Of a DNA stretch of 64,000 bases, positions 35,448 to 44,945 are shown in pieces; position 1 is the stretch's first letter; every line of letters begins with the position of its first letter. The stretch comes from Vicinamibacteria bacterium. Lineage in GTDB: Bacteria; Acidobacteriota; Vicinamibacteria; Marinacidobacterales; Marinacidobacteraceae. Made by a program: the position numbers and the translations under genes. The stretch is taken from contig OY729431.1 in NCBI GenBank assembly GCA_963422395.1, positions 2,624,151-2,688,150 on the forward strand, read 5' to 3'. The notes beneath the pieces were generated by a model. It made no database searches and was not told where the DNA came from. It saw only the letters and a list, made by a program, of their open reading frames with translations.

Positions 35448-36392
35448 TCATTCGAGGGTGAGGCGGAGGGGTGGGTCTCCGGGGCGGGAGAGGAGGACGG
35501 TTTCCGACGGCTCGATAGCGATGACGGTGTATTCCCCGAGTCGGTCCCCCGCGCTCACCAGGGTGGTTTCTCCCCGGTAGAAGAGTGCCGCTTGCACCGG
35601 GGCGCCGCCGCCGGGGTCGACGAAGCCGTGGAGCTGCGGCATGCCGACCCTGGAGTCCGGCGTCGGGAGCGGCTCCGGGGGAGGAGCCGAGAGAGAGGAA
35701 AGGTCGGACGGGGTGGACTCCGGCACGGGGGCAGGCGGCTCGCCGGGATCTTCGGCCCGAGCCGCCCGGCCCGAGCGGGGAGAGTGGGCCGGTTCCACCG
35801 CTTCCGCTTCGAGCCAGGCGGCCAGTCTTTCGAGACGCGGGTCGGCTGCGAGCCGCTCGCCGCCGCCGGCGGTGGAGGAGCTCACCGGTGACGGCCAGAA
35901 AACGGTGATCGAAAGGCTGAGGCTCCCCACCCCGCCGCGAACGGTGCGCTGCGCCCGTTCCGGGCGGAGCGGCCAACCCTTCGCTTCCACCGCTGAGAGA
36001 AACCGCCCGAGGCGCGCCGGCTCTCCGCGCGCGCTGATCCGGACTTCGCTGCCCGCGGTCCCGGAGGGTGGACGGATCAGCGGCTGAAGCCGCACTGCCG
36101 AAAGTTCGATCCCCTGATCCTCCGCGATCGCAACGAGGGCCTCCCGAAGCGCTCTCGCGCTCTGCGGCGGCGCATCCCGCTCGGCGAGCCGCTTCGTGAT
36201 CCCGAGAAGCCGCTCGCGCCCGGCGCGCTCGGTCCAGGCGGCGGACGCGGCCCGCGCCGAAGCGGCAGCCGCCTCGTTTCGCGCATCGCGCCCGGCGCTC
36301 ACCGCCCGCTGCTCGGCCCAGACGAACCAGGCGGCCAGCCCGAACAGCCCCAGCAACAGGAACCGGCGGCGAAGCCGAGGATCGCCGATCAT
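35448..36392 (-). CDS. PilO/GspM-like membrane protein with PilP/GspC-like C-terminal domain (tentative)
   Basis: Single N-terminal TM (FLLLGLFGLAAWFVWA), Ala-rich coiled region, ...IELSAVRLQPLIRP...VRISARGEPARLGRFLSAVE (PilO/GspM-like). Pro-rich linker. C-terminal beta-rich LFYRGETTLVSAGDRLGEYTVIAIEPSETVLL. The ATG overlaps the upstream stop (ATGA). Confidence 0.45.
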   Translation of the reverse strand: MIGDPRLRRRFLLLGLFGLAAWFVWAEQRAVSAGRDARNEAAAASARAASAAWTERAGRERLLGITKRLAERDAPPQSARALREALVAIAEDQGIELSAVRLQPLIRPPSGTAGSEVRISARGEPARLGRFLSAVEAKGWPLRPERAQRTVRGGVGSLSLSITVFWPSPVSSSTAGGGERLAADPRLERLAAWLEAEAVEPAHSPRSGRAARAEDPGEPPAPVPESTPSDLSSLSAPPPEPLPTPDSRVGMPQLHGFVDPGGGAPVQAALFYRGETTLVSAGDRLGEYTVIAIEPSETVLLSRPGDPPLRLTLE

Positions 36393-36970
36393 CGACTCAT
36401 CCTCGGGAGTCGGAGACCGGCTTCGAGCCGGACGGTGATGCGGACCGCCGCGCCGCCGTCCGCCTGACGGGTTTCGCTGATGACCTCGCTGGAAAGAACC
36501 TGTTCCTCGGCGGCGAGCGCCGAAAGCAGGCGGGCGATCGCAGCACCTGAAACCGCCTCGGCCGCGATCGCCGCCTCCACCTGCCGCCCGCCACCGACCG
36601 CCGGCCGCACCTCGATCCCGACGATCCTGCCGCCGGACGAAGCCGCCGCCCGCTCCACGGTCTCGAAGGCGGCGCCGTACGCAGGGGCATCGAGCGCCCC
36701 GGAGGCGAGCAGAACCGCGGCTTCGCGAACCAGTGTCGGGGCCAGCGCAGCATCTCGGCGCTGTGGCGGCGCGCCCGGGCTCGAAGCTTCCGCGGCGACG
36801 GACCGCTCTCCGAACGGTGGACTGGCCGCCATTTCGCTGCGCGTGCGAAAAAGGGACACCGCCCCCCAGACGACGACCAGACCGAGCGCCGCCAAGCCGA
36901 ACTCGAAGGCGCGCAGCAGCGCCTGGGGCAGGGTGCGGCCCAGCTGGACGCCAGGGACAGGCCGAGGCAC
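36389..36970 (-). CDS. PilN-like single-pass membrane protein (tentative)
   Basis: 193 aa. One TM (FEFGLAALGLVVVWGAVSLF) followed by an Ala-rich periplasmic segment. Lies between the PilM-like and PilO-like genes. Confidence 0.4.
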   Translation of the reverse strand: MPRPVPGVQLGRTLPQALLRAFEFGLAALGLVVVWGAVSLFRTRSEMAASPPFGERSVAAEASSPGAPPQRRDAALAPTLVREAAVLLASGALDAPAYGAAFETVERAAASSGGRIVGIEVRPAVGGGRQVEAAIAAEAVSGAAIARLLSALAAEEQVLSSEVISETRQADGGAAVRITVRLEAGLRLPRMSR

Positions 36971-36971
36971 T

Positions 36972-37916
36972 CTAGTCTGCGGAGGGAGCGGCGCGCGCCG
37001 GAGTGGCCGAAAGCGGCGCCGGTCGGGCTCCGATCCGACGCAGCAGAGCGGCGAGCGCCCGCCCGGTGACGGGAGAGACCGATGCCCGATCCTCGCCTTC
37101 TCCGGTCTCCCGGACTTCTCGCGGCGGATGACCCGCCGAGCGGAGCGCTTCCGCGACTTCGATGGCGCCGTCCCCCCACACCTGGATCCCCGGCGTTCCC
37201 GCTTCGGCGAGCCTTCGGGCGGCGAGAACCGGTGGATCGGGGTCGAGCCGGGCGCGGAGCTTCATGCGAAAACCCGAGAGCCGCCGGCCAGCGGCGGCGA
37301 CCAGCACGAAATGGCGCTGGTGGAGCAGCAGCAGCATCCGCTCTCCGACGGCGGCGTCGGCAGTGGCCAGCCATTCCGGCAGCAGCGAAAGGCTTTGCGC
37401 GTCCACCCAGCGCACCCGAAGTCCGGCGGCCTCGGCGGCCGCTTCGTATTGCCGCACGACGAGAGTGCCGCTGACTGCCCCGAGAGCCGAGCGGCGACGC
37501 AGGGGACCCGTCTGCAGCGTTCCGAACCGGAATCGTCCATCCCGCTCCGGGAATCCGGAGCCAGCGCCCGCCGCGAGTCCCTGGATCAGCTCGGCGCGCA
37601 GCCTGCGGACGCTCCTCGAACCGGCAGTCTTCAGGAGCGAGGCGTGGGTTGCCCGATCCGGAAGCGCGATCACCGCATCCTCGGCACGCCCCCCTCCTGC
37701 GGTGAGCGCGGCGAGCGCCGCCTGGACCGCGCGCGCCGCCTCGGCGGAAGATGCGAGGTTCGGCTCCGTCGGAGAGGCGGTCACGAAATCCCCGGGCAGA
37801 GCCACGCGAGTCCAGCCGCCGTCGCTCGCCCGCAGGAGCAGGTGATCCCCCAGGAAGGCGATCCCGACAGCAACCCGCCGGCGGGGGCGGAGTCGACGGG
37901 AAAGAAGCGGCAGCAC
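36972..37916 (-). CDS. PilM/GspL-like actin-fold assembly protein (tentative)
   Basis: GTG 37916. VAVGIAFLGDHLLLRAS (phosphate-1-like strand), VVRQYEAAAEAAGLRVRWVDAQSLSLL (typical PilM segment). No Walker motifs. Confidence 0.5.
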   Translation of the reverse strand: MLPLLSRRLRPRRRVAVGIAFLGDHLLLRASDGGWTRVALPGDFVTASPTEPNLASSAEAARAVQAALAALTAGGGRAEDAVIALPDRATHASLLKTAGSRSVRRLRAELIQGLAAGAGSGFPERDGRFRFGTLQTGPLRRRSALGAVSGTLVVRQYEAAAEAAGLRVRWVDAQSLSLLPEWLATADAAVGERMLLLLHQRHFVLVAAAGRRLSGFRMKLRARLDPDPPVLAARRLAEAGTPGIQVWGDGAIEVAEALRSAGHPPREVRETGEGEDRASVSPVTGRALAALLRRIGARPAPLSATPARAAPSAD

Positions 37917-38225
37917 AGGGAGGAACGGGAGAGGCGGGAACGGTCTCGGAAGAACCGGCCCGGAGCCGGATTCCGATTTCCAGCGTAGCGGCAGACGCTC
38001 TGGTGGGCCATCCGATGGGCCGCTTCGGTCCCCGATGGTACGATGAGAGGTTGCGGCCGCGGGTGCTTTCTACGGTCCGGCGCTGCCGCAGACCATCCGG
38101 AGCGAGACGCCGAAGTCTCGCGCCGGTTGCGGGATCTTCCATCGTTGACGCCTGCAGACAGAACCCCGAACATCGAAGAAAGAACCGGGGACATTCCCGG
38201 GCACGGATCCCGATCCGGGAGCAAT

Positions 38226-40292
38226 ATGAACGACCATCAGACAGCGAACATTCGTAACCTGGCAGTCGCCGGACACGGCACCTCCGGCAAGACCACCCTC
38301 GTTTCGGCTCTCCTCTACACCGCCGGTGCCGTCACCAGGCTGGCCCGAGTCGAAGACGGAAACACCACGACTGATTTCGACGAGGACGAGATCGACCGCG
38401 GGATCAGCCTGAGTACGGCGATCACCCACTGCACCTGGAAAGGGATCAAGATCAATCTGCTGGACACGCCGGGTTACGGCAACTTCCTCACCGAAACGAA
38501 GCTGGCCATGCCCGTCGCCGATTCTGCGCTGATTTCTGTATGCGCCGTGGACGGCGTCGGAGTGGGCACGGAACGAGTATGGGGCTTCGCGGAACACAAC
38601 CGGGCTGCCGCCATCATCGCGGTGAACCGGATGGATCGTGATCGCGCATCTTTCGAACGAACCCTCGAAGGAATCCGGCAATCGTTCGGGAGAACCGCGG
38701 TACCGATCCAGCTGCCGATCGGCAGCGAGTCCGGATTTCGGGGAGTCCTGGACCTGATCTCCTCGAAGGCGATCCTGGGGCCCGGGCCGGACGGAGAGCC
38801 GGTGGAAGTAACCGATATCCCAGCCGAGATGCGCGAAGCCGCGGACACCGCCCGCAACGAACTCATGGAGATGATCGCGGAATCGGACGAGGAACTCCTC
38901 GATCGATTCTTCGAGGAAGGAGAACTGACCGCCGAGGACATGGCCCGGGGCCTTCGCGCCGCCATGTCCGCCCGCGCGATCTTCCCGGTGGTGGTGGTTT
39001 CGGGAGCCCGCAACCTCGGAACGGCAGCGCTCCTCGACCTGCTCGTCGAAGCGGCCCCCGATCCAGCCGGCCGCGGATCGGCGCGTGGTATCGGCTCCAG
39101 CGGCGAACCGATCGAGCGCAATCTCTCCACGCCCTCCCCCGTGAGCGTCTATGTGTTCAAGACCATCGCCGATCCGTTCGCCGGACGTTTGAGCCTGTTC
39201 CGGGTGATGACCGGGGAGCTTCGCGCCGACAGCCAGCTCCGCAACCTGAGGAGCGGATCCACGGAGCGGATCGGCGGTCTCCAGGTGATGCACGGAAAGG
39301 CGATGCATCCCGTCTCCTCGCTGAGCGCCGGAGATCTCGGCTGTTTCGCCAAGTTGAAGGACACCGGCACCGGGGACACCCTCGCGGAGGACGACACGAT
39401 CCGTTTCCTCCGGCCCGAGGTCCCGCACCCGGTCATCGGCTTCGCGATCCAGCCGAAGTCCCGCGGCGACGAAGAGAAGATCTCCCATGCCTTACAGCGC
39501 CTCGGCGAGGAAGACCTCACGCTTCGTTACGAGCGCGATCAGGAATTGCTGCTCTCCGGCACCGGACAGCTCCACATCGAGATCGTAGTGTCGAGGCTTC
39601 GAAGAAAGTACGGGGTCGAGGTCGAACTGAAACCGCCGCGGGTGCCGTACCGCGAAACGATCACGGTGAGCGCAGAGGCGCACGGACGCCACAAGAAACA
39701 GACCGGAGGCCACGGCCAGTTCGCCGACTGCCATGTGCGGGTGGAGCCGCTCGCCCGCGGCGAGGACTTCCAGTTCGCCAGCGAGGTGGTGGGCGGCACC
39801 ATCCCGCGCCAGTTCATCCCTGCTATCGAAAAGGGTTTCCAGGAGGCCCGGCAACGAGGCACGCTCGCCGGGTATCCGGTGGTGGATTTCAAGGCGACGG
39901 TGTTCGACGGCAAGTTCCACACCGTGGACTCCTCGGAAATCGCCTTCAAGATCGCCGCCTCGCTCGCCTTCAAGGACGCGATGTCCAAGTGTCGGCCCAC
40001 CCTCCTCGAACCGATCATGCAAGTCGAGATCACCGTTCCCGACGAGACCACCGGAGATGTCCTCGGCGATCTGAATGCGCGGCGGGGGCGGACCCAGGGG
40101 ATGGACAAGAAGGGAGATCACACCGCCATCACCGCCCAGGCGCCGATGGCGGAGATGCTCACCTACGAACCGACTCTCACCTCGCTCACCGGAGGCCGCG
40201 GCGGTTTCCAGATGGAGTTCTCACACTACGACCCCGTGCCGACGAACATCGCCAGACAGCTGATCGAAGCGCATCAGGCGAAGACGAAATAG
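38226..40292 (+). CDS. Elongation factor G paralogue (EF-G2-like)
   Basis: ATG 38226 after GGGAG. NIRNLAVAGHGTSGKTTLVSALL (variant G1), DTPGYGNF (G3), NRMDR (G4), full five-domain length (688 aa). Distinct from the canonical fusA at 55814..57886. Confidence 0.88.
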   Translation: MNDHQTANIRNLAVAGHGTSGKTTLVSALLYTAGAVTRLARVEDGNTTTDFDEDEIDRGISLSTAITHCTWKGIKINLLDTPGYGNFLTETKLAMPVADSALISVCAVDGVGVGTERVWGFAEHNRAAAIIAVNRMDRDRASFERTLEGIRQSFGRTAVPIQLPIGSESGFRGVLDLISSKAILGPGPDGEPVEVTDIPAEMREAADTARNELMEMIAESDEELLDRFFEEGELTAEDMARGLRAAMSARAIFPVVVVSGARNLGTAALLDLLVEAAPDPAGRGSARGIGSSGEPIERNLSTPSPVSVYVFKTIADPFAGRLSLFRVMTGELRADSQLRNLRSGSTERIGGLQVMHGKAMHPVSSLSAGDLGCFAKLKDTGTGDTLAEDDTIRFLRPEVPHPVIGFAIQPKSRGDEEKISHALQRLGEEDLTLRYERDQELLLSGTGQLHIEIVVSRLRRKYGVEVELKPPRVPYRETITVSAEAHGRHKKQTGGHGQFADCHVRVEPLARGEDFQFASEVVGGTIPRQFIPAIEKGFQEARQRGTLAGYPVVDFKATVFDGKFHTVDSSEIAFKIAASLAFKDAMSKCRPTLLEPIMQVEITVPDETTGDVLGDLNARRGRTQGMDKKGDHTAITAQAPMAEMLTYEPTLTSLTGGRGGFQMEFSHYDPVPTNIARQLIEAHQAKTK

Positions 40293-40343
40293 GTCCGCCG
40301 AGCGAGGCGCTGCTCGCCGACGGCCGACGGGGCGGGCGGGTCG

Positions 40344-40697
40344 TTAGTCCACGAACTCGATCCGGGCCATCGGAGCACCGTCGCCCTTGCGCGGACCGAG
40401 CTTGAGAATTCGCGTATACCCTCCTGGACGCTCTCCGAACCGGGGGGCCAATTCGCGGAAGAGATGGCCGACGACGGCCTTCCGCGGCAGGATCTGGAGG
40501 GCACGACGGCGAGCCGCCAGATCCTGCCGTCGGCCGAGGGTAACGAGCCGCTCCACGAAAGGTCGAACCTCCTTGGCCTTGGCAAGAGTGGTGCGGAGAC
40601 GCCCGTGCTCGATCAGGGTGGCGGCCAGGTTCCGAAGCAACGCCCGCCGATGCGAAGACTTGCGGCCGAGCTTGCGGTGTGCGACCAGGTGTCGCAT
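40344..40697 (-). CDS. rplQ: 50S ribosomal protein L17
   Basis: MRHLVAHRKLGRKSSHRRALLRNLA...; follows rpoA. Confidence 0.96.
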   Translation of the reverse strand: MRHLVAHRKLGRKSSHRRALLRNLAATLIEHGRLRTTLAKAKEVRPFVERLVTLGRRQDLAARRRALQILPRKAVVGHLFRELAPRFGERPGGYTRILKLGPRKGDGAPMARIEFVD

Positions 40698-40698
40698 C

Positions 40699-41646
40699 TC
40701 AGCCGGCTCCCATTCCGAGCCTGAGGCCCAGCTCCTGGAGGATCCGCTGGATCTCCTCGATGCTCTTGCGTCCGATGTTGCGCTCCTTCAACAGATCCTG
40801 TTCACTCTTCACCACGAGGTCTCCTATCGTTGCGATGTCCGCATTCCGGAGACCGTTGTACGCACGAACCGAGAGGCGATCGGAGTAATCATCGATCGCT
40901 GTCATCCGGTACGCATCATACGCTCGTTGTTCTTCGCTGATCACTACATCATCCGTCGTCTCGTTCTCGGAACCCACGAAAATTCCCAACATCTCCCGAA
41001 GGAGTCGGGAAGCCGTAGTGATCGCATCCTGTGGTACCACGGCACCATTCGTGTGCACTTCGATCACGAGATGATCGAAATCGGTGTCTTGTCCGACTCG
41101 TGCCGGTTTGATCTCGTAGTTGACTTTCCGCACCGGAGAATGCGTTGAATCCACCGGTATGTAGCCCGCTTCGAGATCCAGGTCCCGATTCTTCTCAGCT
41201 GCCACATACCCTCGCCCGTTCTTAACACGCATCTCGATATCGAGCTCGCCAGGCTGGGTCATCGTCGCGATATAGACATCCCGATCGAGGATGTCCACAT
41301 TCATGTCGGTCTCGAGGTTGGCTGCTGTCAGTTTTCCCGGTTTCTTCGTTCGCAGCCGGACCGTTCTCGGCAAATCTCCGTGAAGGATCAATGGTACGCG
41401 CTTCAAGTTGAGGATGATGTCCAGCGTGTCTTCCTTGACTCCCGGAATTGCAGAGAATTCGTGTGGTATGCCAACGAAATTGATCGCCGTTATGGCAGCA
41501 CCCTCGATGGACGAAATCAGAAGTCGTCTAAGGGCATTGCCGATCGTCACTCCGTAACCACGTTCGAACGGATGGGCAGAAAAACGCCCATAGAATCGAG
41601 TGCTTTGCTCAACGGTAAGGCCGCTCGGCCGTTGAAGTTCAGACAT
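40699..41646 (-). CDS. rpoA: DNA-directed RNA polymerase subunit alpha
   Basis: 315 aa. NTD (GVTIGNALRRLLISSIEGAAI) and CTD (SVRAYNGLRNADIATIGDLV...GRKSIEEIQ). Confidence 0.96.
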   Translation of the reverse strand: MSELQRPSGLTVEQSTRFYGRFSAHPFERGYGVTIGNALRRLLISSIEGAAITAINFVGIPHEFSAIPGVKEDTLDIILNLKRVPLILHGDLPRTVRLRTKKPGKLTAANLETDMNVDILDRDVYIATMTQPGELDIEMRVKNGRGYVAAEKNRDLDLEAGYIPVDSTHSPVRKVNYEIKPARVGQDTDFDHLVIEVHTNGAVVPQDAITTASRLLREMLGIFVGSENETTDDVVISEEQRAYDAYRMTAIDDYSDRLSVRAYNGLRNADIATIGDLVVKSEQDLLKERNIGRKSIEEIQRILQELGLRLGMGAG

Positions 41647-41672
41647 TTGCGCCGTTCTTTCCTCTCTTCACG

Positions 41673-42305
41673 CTAGCGTGAGTACAACTCGACGATGAGT
41701 TGCTCGCGAATCTTGAGCTGTGGATCGTCGCCGGCGGGAAGAGTCACGACGCGTCCCGAAGCCAGATCCTCGGGCTCGCGCTCGAGCCAGTCCGGGACCG
41801 TACGGGCTTCCGCCGCTTCGATGAGCTGTTTGAAGAAATCCTTCTTCCGCGTCTTCTGGCAAACTCGGACCACATCTCCCTGATCGATGATGCGGGATGG
41901 AATATCCACGCGCTTTCCGTTCACCTCCACATGACCGTGACGAACGAAAAGGCGCGCCGCCGCACGCGAAGGAGAAAGCCCGAGTCGGTACACCGTGTTG
42001 TCGAGACGTCGTTCGAGCAATTGCAGCAAGTAGGTGCCGGTCACCGCTCGTTCACGCTCGGCCCGTTCGAAGTAGAGACGGAACTGCCGCTCGAGCAAGC
42101 CATAGACACGCTTGGCCTTCTGTTTCTCACGAAGCTGCAGCCCATATCCCTGGACGCGGCTGCGCCTCGCCTTGCCGTGCGCTCCGGGAGCGAAATTCCT
42201 CTTGTCGATCGCGCATTTGGGACTGAGGCATCGTTCACCCTTCAAGAAGAGTTTTGCTCCCTCCCGGCGACAGAGTCGACACACGGGACCACGGTATCTC
42301 GCCAC
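41673..42305 (-). CDS. rpsD: 30S ribosomal protein S4
   Basis: MARYRGPVCRLCRREGAKLFLKGERC... Confidence 0.96.
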   Translation of the reverse strand: MARYRGPVCRLCRREGAKLFLKGERCLSPKCAIDKRNFAPGAHGKARRSRVQGYGLQLREKQKAKRVYGLLERQFRLYFERAERERAVTGTYLLQLLERRLDNTVYRLGLSPSRAAARLFVRHGHVEVNGKRVDIPSRIIDQGDVVRVCQKTRKKDFFKQLIEAAEARTVPDWLEREPEDLASGRVVTLPAGDDPQLKIREQLIVELYSR

Positions 42306-42314
42306 GATTTTCTC

Positions 42315-42716
42315 CTAGTTCCGGCGTTTCTTGGGGGGCCGGCACCCGTTGTGGGGAATCGGAGTGACATCCCGAATGGAGCGAACTTCGATCCCGGCAG
42401 CAGCCACGGCACGGATCGCAGCTTCGCGCCCCGCGCCGGGCCCCTTCACCCGTACATCCACATGGGTGCAGCCGAGCGAGCGAGCCTCGCGCGATGCCGC
42501 GCCGGCCGCCTGCTGGGCCGCAAACGGCGTCTGCTTCCGGGAGCCGCTGAATCCCTGGGACCCGGCGCTCGACCAACAAACGACATTGCCAGCCGGATCA
42601 GCGAAAGTGATGATCGTGTTGTGGTATGTCGCATGGATCGAAACGACGCCGGCGGTCAGGGTGCGCTTTTCACGCTTCTTGCCGGTTCGTCGTTTTGCGG
42701 TCTTCTTTTTTGCCAT
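42315..42716 (-). CDS. rpsK: 30S ribosomal protein S11
   Basis: ...[30 protein letters not shown]... Confidence 0.96.
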   Translation of the reverse strand: MAKKKTAKRRTGKKREKRTLTAGVVSIHATYHNTIITFADPAGNVVCWSSAGSQGFSGSRKQTPFAAQQAAGAASREARSLGCTHVDVRVKGPGAGREAAIRAVAAAGIEVRSIRDVTPIPHNGCRPPKKRRN

Positions 42717-42768
42717 GTTACTCTGGATTCCTGGTCCGATTCTCTCTTGGGAGGGAACGAGCGTATCC

Positions 42769-43134
42769 TCAGCGGCGTCTCATTCCGACGCGGCGCGGGC
42801 CGCGGCGCGTGCGCGAATTCGTTTTGGTGCGTTGCCCGCGAGCTGGCAGCCCACGGCGATGCCGGAGCCCCCGATAACAGCCGATGTCCATGAGACGTTT
42901 GAGATCCATCGCGACACGCTTGCGCAGATCACCTTCGACCCCGCCTTGGTCGTCCATGACCCGTCCGATGCGGCTGACCTCGTCCTCGGTCAGCTCGCTC
43001 ACCTTTCGGTCCGGCTCGATACCGGCTTTCGAAAGAATGCTGCTTGCGCGAACGAATCCCACTCCGTATATACGAGTGAGGCCGATATCGATCCGCTTGG
43101 CGCGCGGCAAGTCAACGCCGGCGATCCTAGCCAT
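42769..43134 (-). CDS. rpsM: 30S ribosomal protein S13
   Basis: [26 protein letters not shown]... Confidence 0.96.
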   Translation of the reverse strand: MARIAGVDLPRAKRIDIGLTRIYGVGFVRASSILSKAGIEPDRKVSELTEDEVSRIGRVMDDQGGVEGDLRKRVAMDLKRLMDIGCYRGLRHRRGLPARGQRTKTNSRTRRGPRRVGMRRR

Positions 43135-43209
43135 GAATTACACCCTCCCGTCTTCTCACGCGTCTCGTTCGCCGCGTCGAAATTCTGATTCGAACAGCCG
43201 CCCGAAAGT

Positions 43210-43323
43210 TCATCCCTGGCGCTGCTTGTGTTTTGGATTTTCACAAATCACCCGCACGACGCCTCGCCGACGAATGATTTTGCATTTGACGCACATGCGT
43301 CTCACGGAGGTCCGAACCTTCAT
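43210..43323 (-). CDS. rpmJ: 50S ribosomal protein L36
   Basis: Not in the ORF track (37 aa). Hand translation gives [37 protein letters not shown], stop TGA at 43210-43212. Lies between infA and rpsM as expected. Confidence 0.93.
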   Translation of the reverse strand: MKVRTSVRRMCVKCKIIRRRGVVRVICENPKHKQRQG

Positions 43324-43333
43324 CACTCTGCCA

Positions 43334-43555
43334 CTACTTGCATCGATATACGATCCTGCCTCGAGTCAGATCGTATGGGGAAAGCTCCACCAGGACTCGA
43401 TCTCCCGGCAACACCTTGATGAAGCTCTTCCGCATCTTTCCCGAAACATGTGCGAGCACCTTGTGGTCGCCGCTGTCGAGTTTGACGCGGAACATCGCAT
43501 TGGGCAAAGGCTCCATGACGATTGCTTCCATCGAAATCGAATCTTCTTTGGACAT
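43334..43555 (-). CDS. infA: Translation initiation factor IF-1
   Basis: ATG 43555. [71 protein letters not shown]. Confidence 0.95.
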   Translation of the reverse strand: MSKEDSISMEAIVMEPLPNAMFRVKLDSGDHKVLAHVSGKMRKSFIKVLPGDRVLVELSPYDLTRGRIVYRCK

Positions 43556-43578
43556 GTTTTCTCCGAAGGGCGCCGCGG

Positions 43579-44340
43579 TCAGGCGTCCTGACCTCTCGGC
43601 TCCGACAGCACCCACGGTTCCCCGTTGGTGACAGCGATGGAGCGCTCGAAATGTGCGGACTGACTGCCGTCCGCAGTAACGACCGTCCAGCGGTCCCGCT
43701 TCACTCGGACACCGGGACCACCGTGGTTCACCATGGGTTCGATGGCGATCACCGCGCCCGGGATCAGGCGCACTCCCTCTCCCGGGTCGCCGAAATTCGG
43801 AATCCAGGGTTTCGTATGCAGACTCGTACCGATACCGTGGCCACCGTACTCGCGCACTACAGAGTAGCCATGCTTTTCCACATGGACCTGGATGGCATGT
43901 CCGATATCGGAGATCCGACCCCCTGGCCGCGCGGCGTCGATCCCGGCATAGAGTGCCTGTTCGGCGACCGTGAGGAGCTGGACGGTGTGATCCGCCACCT
44001 CTCCCACCGGGAAGGTCATGGCGTTGTCACCGTAGTAACCGTCCACGATACATCCGAAGTCGAGACTCACGATGTCACCATCACAGAGCCTCCGCCATCT
44101 CGACGGAATCCCGTGCACCACTTCGTCGTTGATGGAGACACAAAGCGTGGCGGGAAATCCCTTGTACCCTTTGAACGCCGGTTCCACGCCATGTCTTTTG
44201 AGATTTTCGGCCGCCATGCGGTCGAGATGAGCGGTAGTTACTCCGGGTTCTACGGCGCCGCGCAGAAGCTCCAGCGTCTCTACCGTGATGGCATTCGCTT
44301 GGTGGAGCTTGTCGAGCTCGGCTTCCGAACGAGAAATCAC
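43579..44340 (-). CDS. map: Type I methionine aminopeptidase
   Basis: [39 protein letters not shown] 44340 overlaps the adk stop (GTGA). Confidence 0.94.
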   Translation of the reverse strand: MISRSEAELDKLHQANAITVETLELLRGAVEPGVTTAHLDRMAAENLKRHGVEPAFKGYKGFPATLCVSINDEVVHGIPSRWRRLCDGDIVSLDFGCIVDGYYGDNAMTFPVGEVADHTVQLLTVAEQALYAGIDAARPGGRISDIGHAIQVHVEKHGYSVVREYGGHGIGTSLHTKPWIPNFGDPGEGVRLIPGAVIAIEPMVNHGGPGVRVKRDRWTVVTADGSQSAHFERSIAVTNGEPWVLSEPRGQDA

Positions 44341-44918
44341 GATGCCGCCACCTCAGCCATTCTGCCCGTGAGCACCGTCATCACGCGATCGTAGATTTCT
44401 TCTCGGGAACCGAGGCCGCAAACGGGCATCACCCGGTCCTGATAGTAGTCGAGCAGCGGCTGCGTCTCCGTCTCATAGACATCCAGGCGGCGGCGAAAAG
44501 CGTCCTCCTTGTCGTCTTCACGACCGTCCTGCTGCCGCCTTTCGCGCACCCGGGCCATGAGTTCCTGGTGGGAGACCGCGATGTTCAAGATCCTGCCGAT
44601 AGCGCCGAGACGCTCCAGAACTTCGTCGAGGGCCGTCGCCTGCGATTCGTTCCGGGGGTATCCATCGAGGATGAAGCCACGGCCGCAATCGGCGGCGGCG
44701 AGCCTCTCCTCGACGATGCCGGTCACGATCCGATCACTCACCAGGCCGCCTGCTTCCATGATTTCGCGGGCGGCTCGTCCCAACTCGGTCCCTTCCTCCA
44801 CGGCCTTACGGAGAATGGCGCCGGTCGAGATGTGCGGCACCGATAGCGCTTCCGCAAGCCGAGCCGCCTGGGTGCCCTTCCCGGCACCCGGAGGTCCGAG
44901 AAGAATGATCGCATTCAT
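44337..44918 (-). CDS. adk: Adenylate kinase (short-LID type)
   Basis: ATG 44918 gives MNAIILLGPPGAGKGTQA. No Cys4/His LID zinc motif. The listed ORF starts at GTG 44927. Confidence 0.93.
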   Translation of the reverse strand: MNAIILLGPPGAGKGTQAARLAEALSVPHISTGAILRKAVEEGTELGRAAREIMEAGGLVSDRIVTGIVEERLAAADCGRGFILDGYPRNESQATALDEVLERLGAIGRILNIAVSHQELMARVRERRQQDGREDDKEDAFRRRLDVYETETQPLLDYYQDRVMPVCGLGSREEIYDRVMTVLTGRMAEVAAS

Positions 44919-44945
44919 GGAAATCACAGAGTGCAGCGAGACCTT

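Noticed and set aside
40293-40343. Bidirectional terminator between convergent EF-G paralogue and rplQ
   Set aside because: Only a weak 5-bp GCGAG/CTCGC stem and no T-tract. This is not enough to call.
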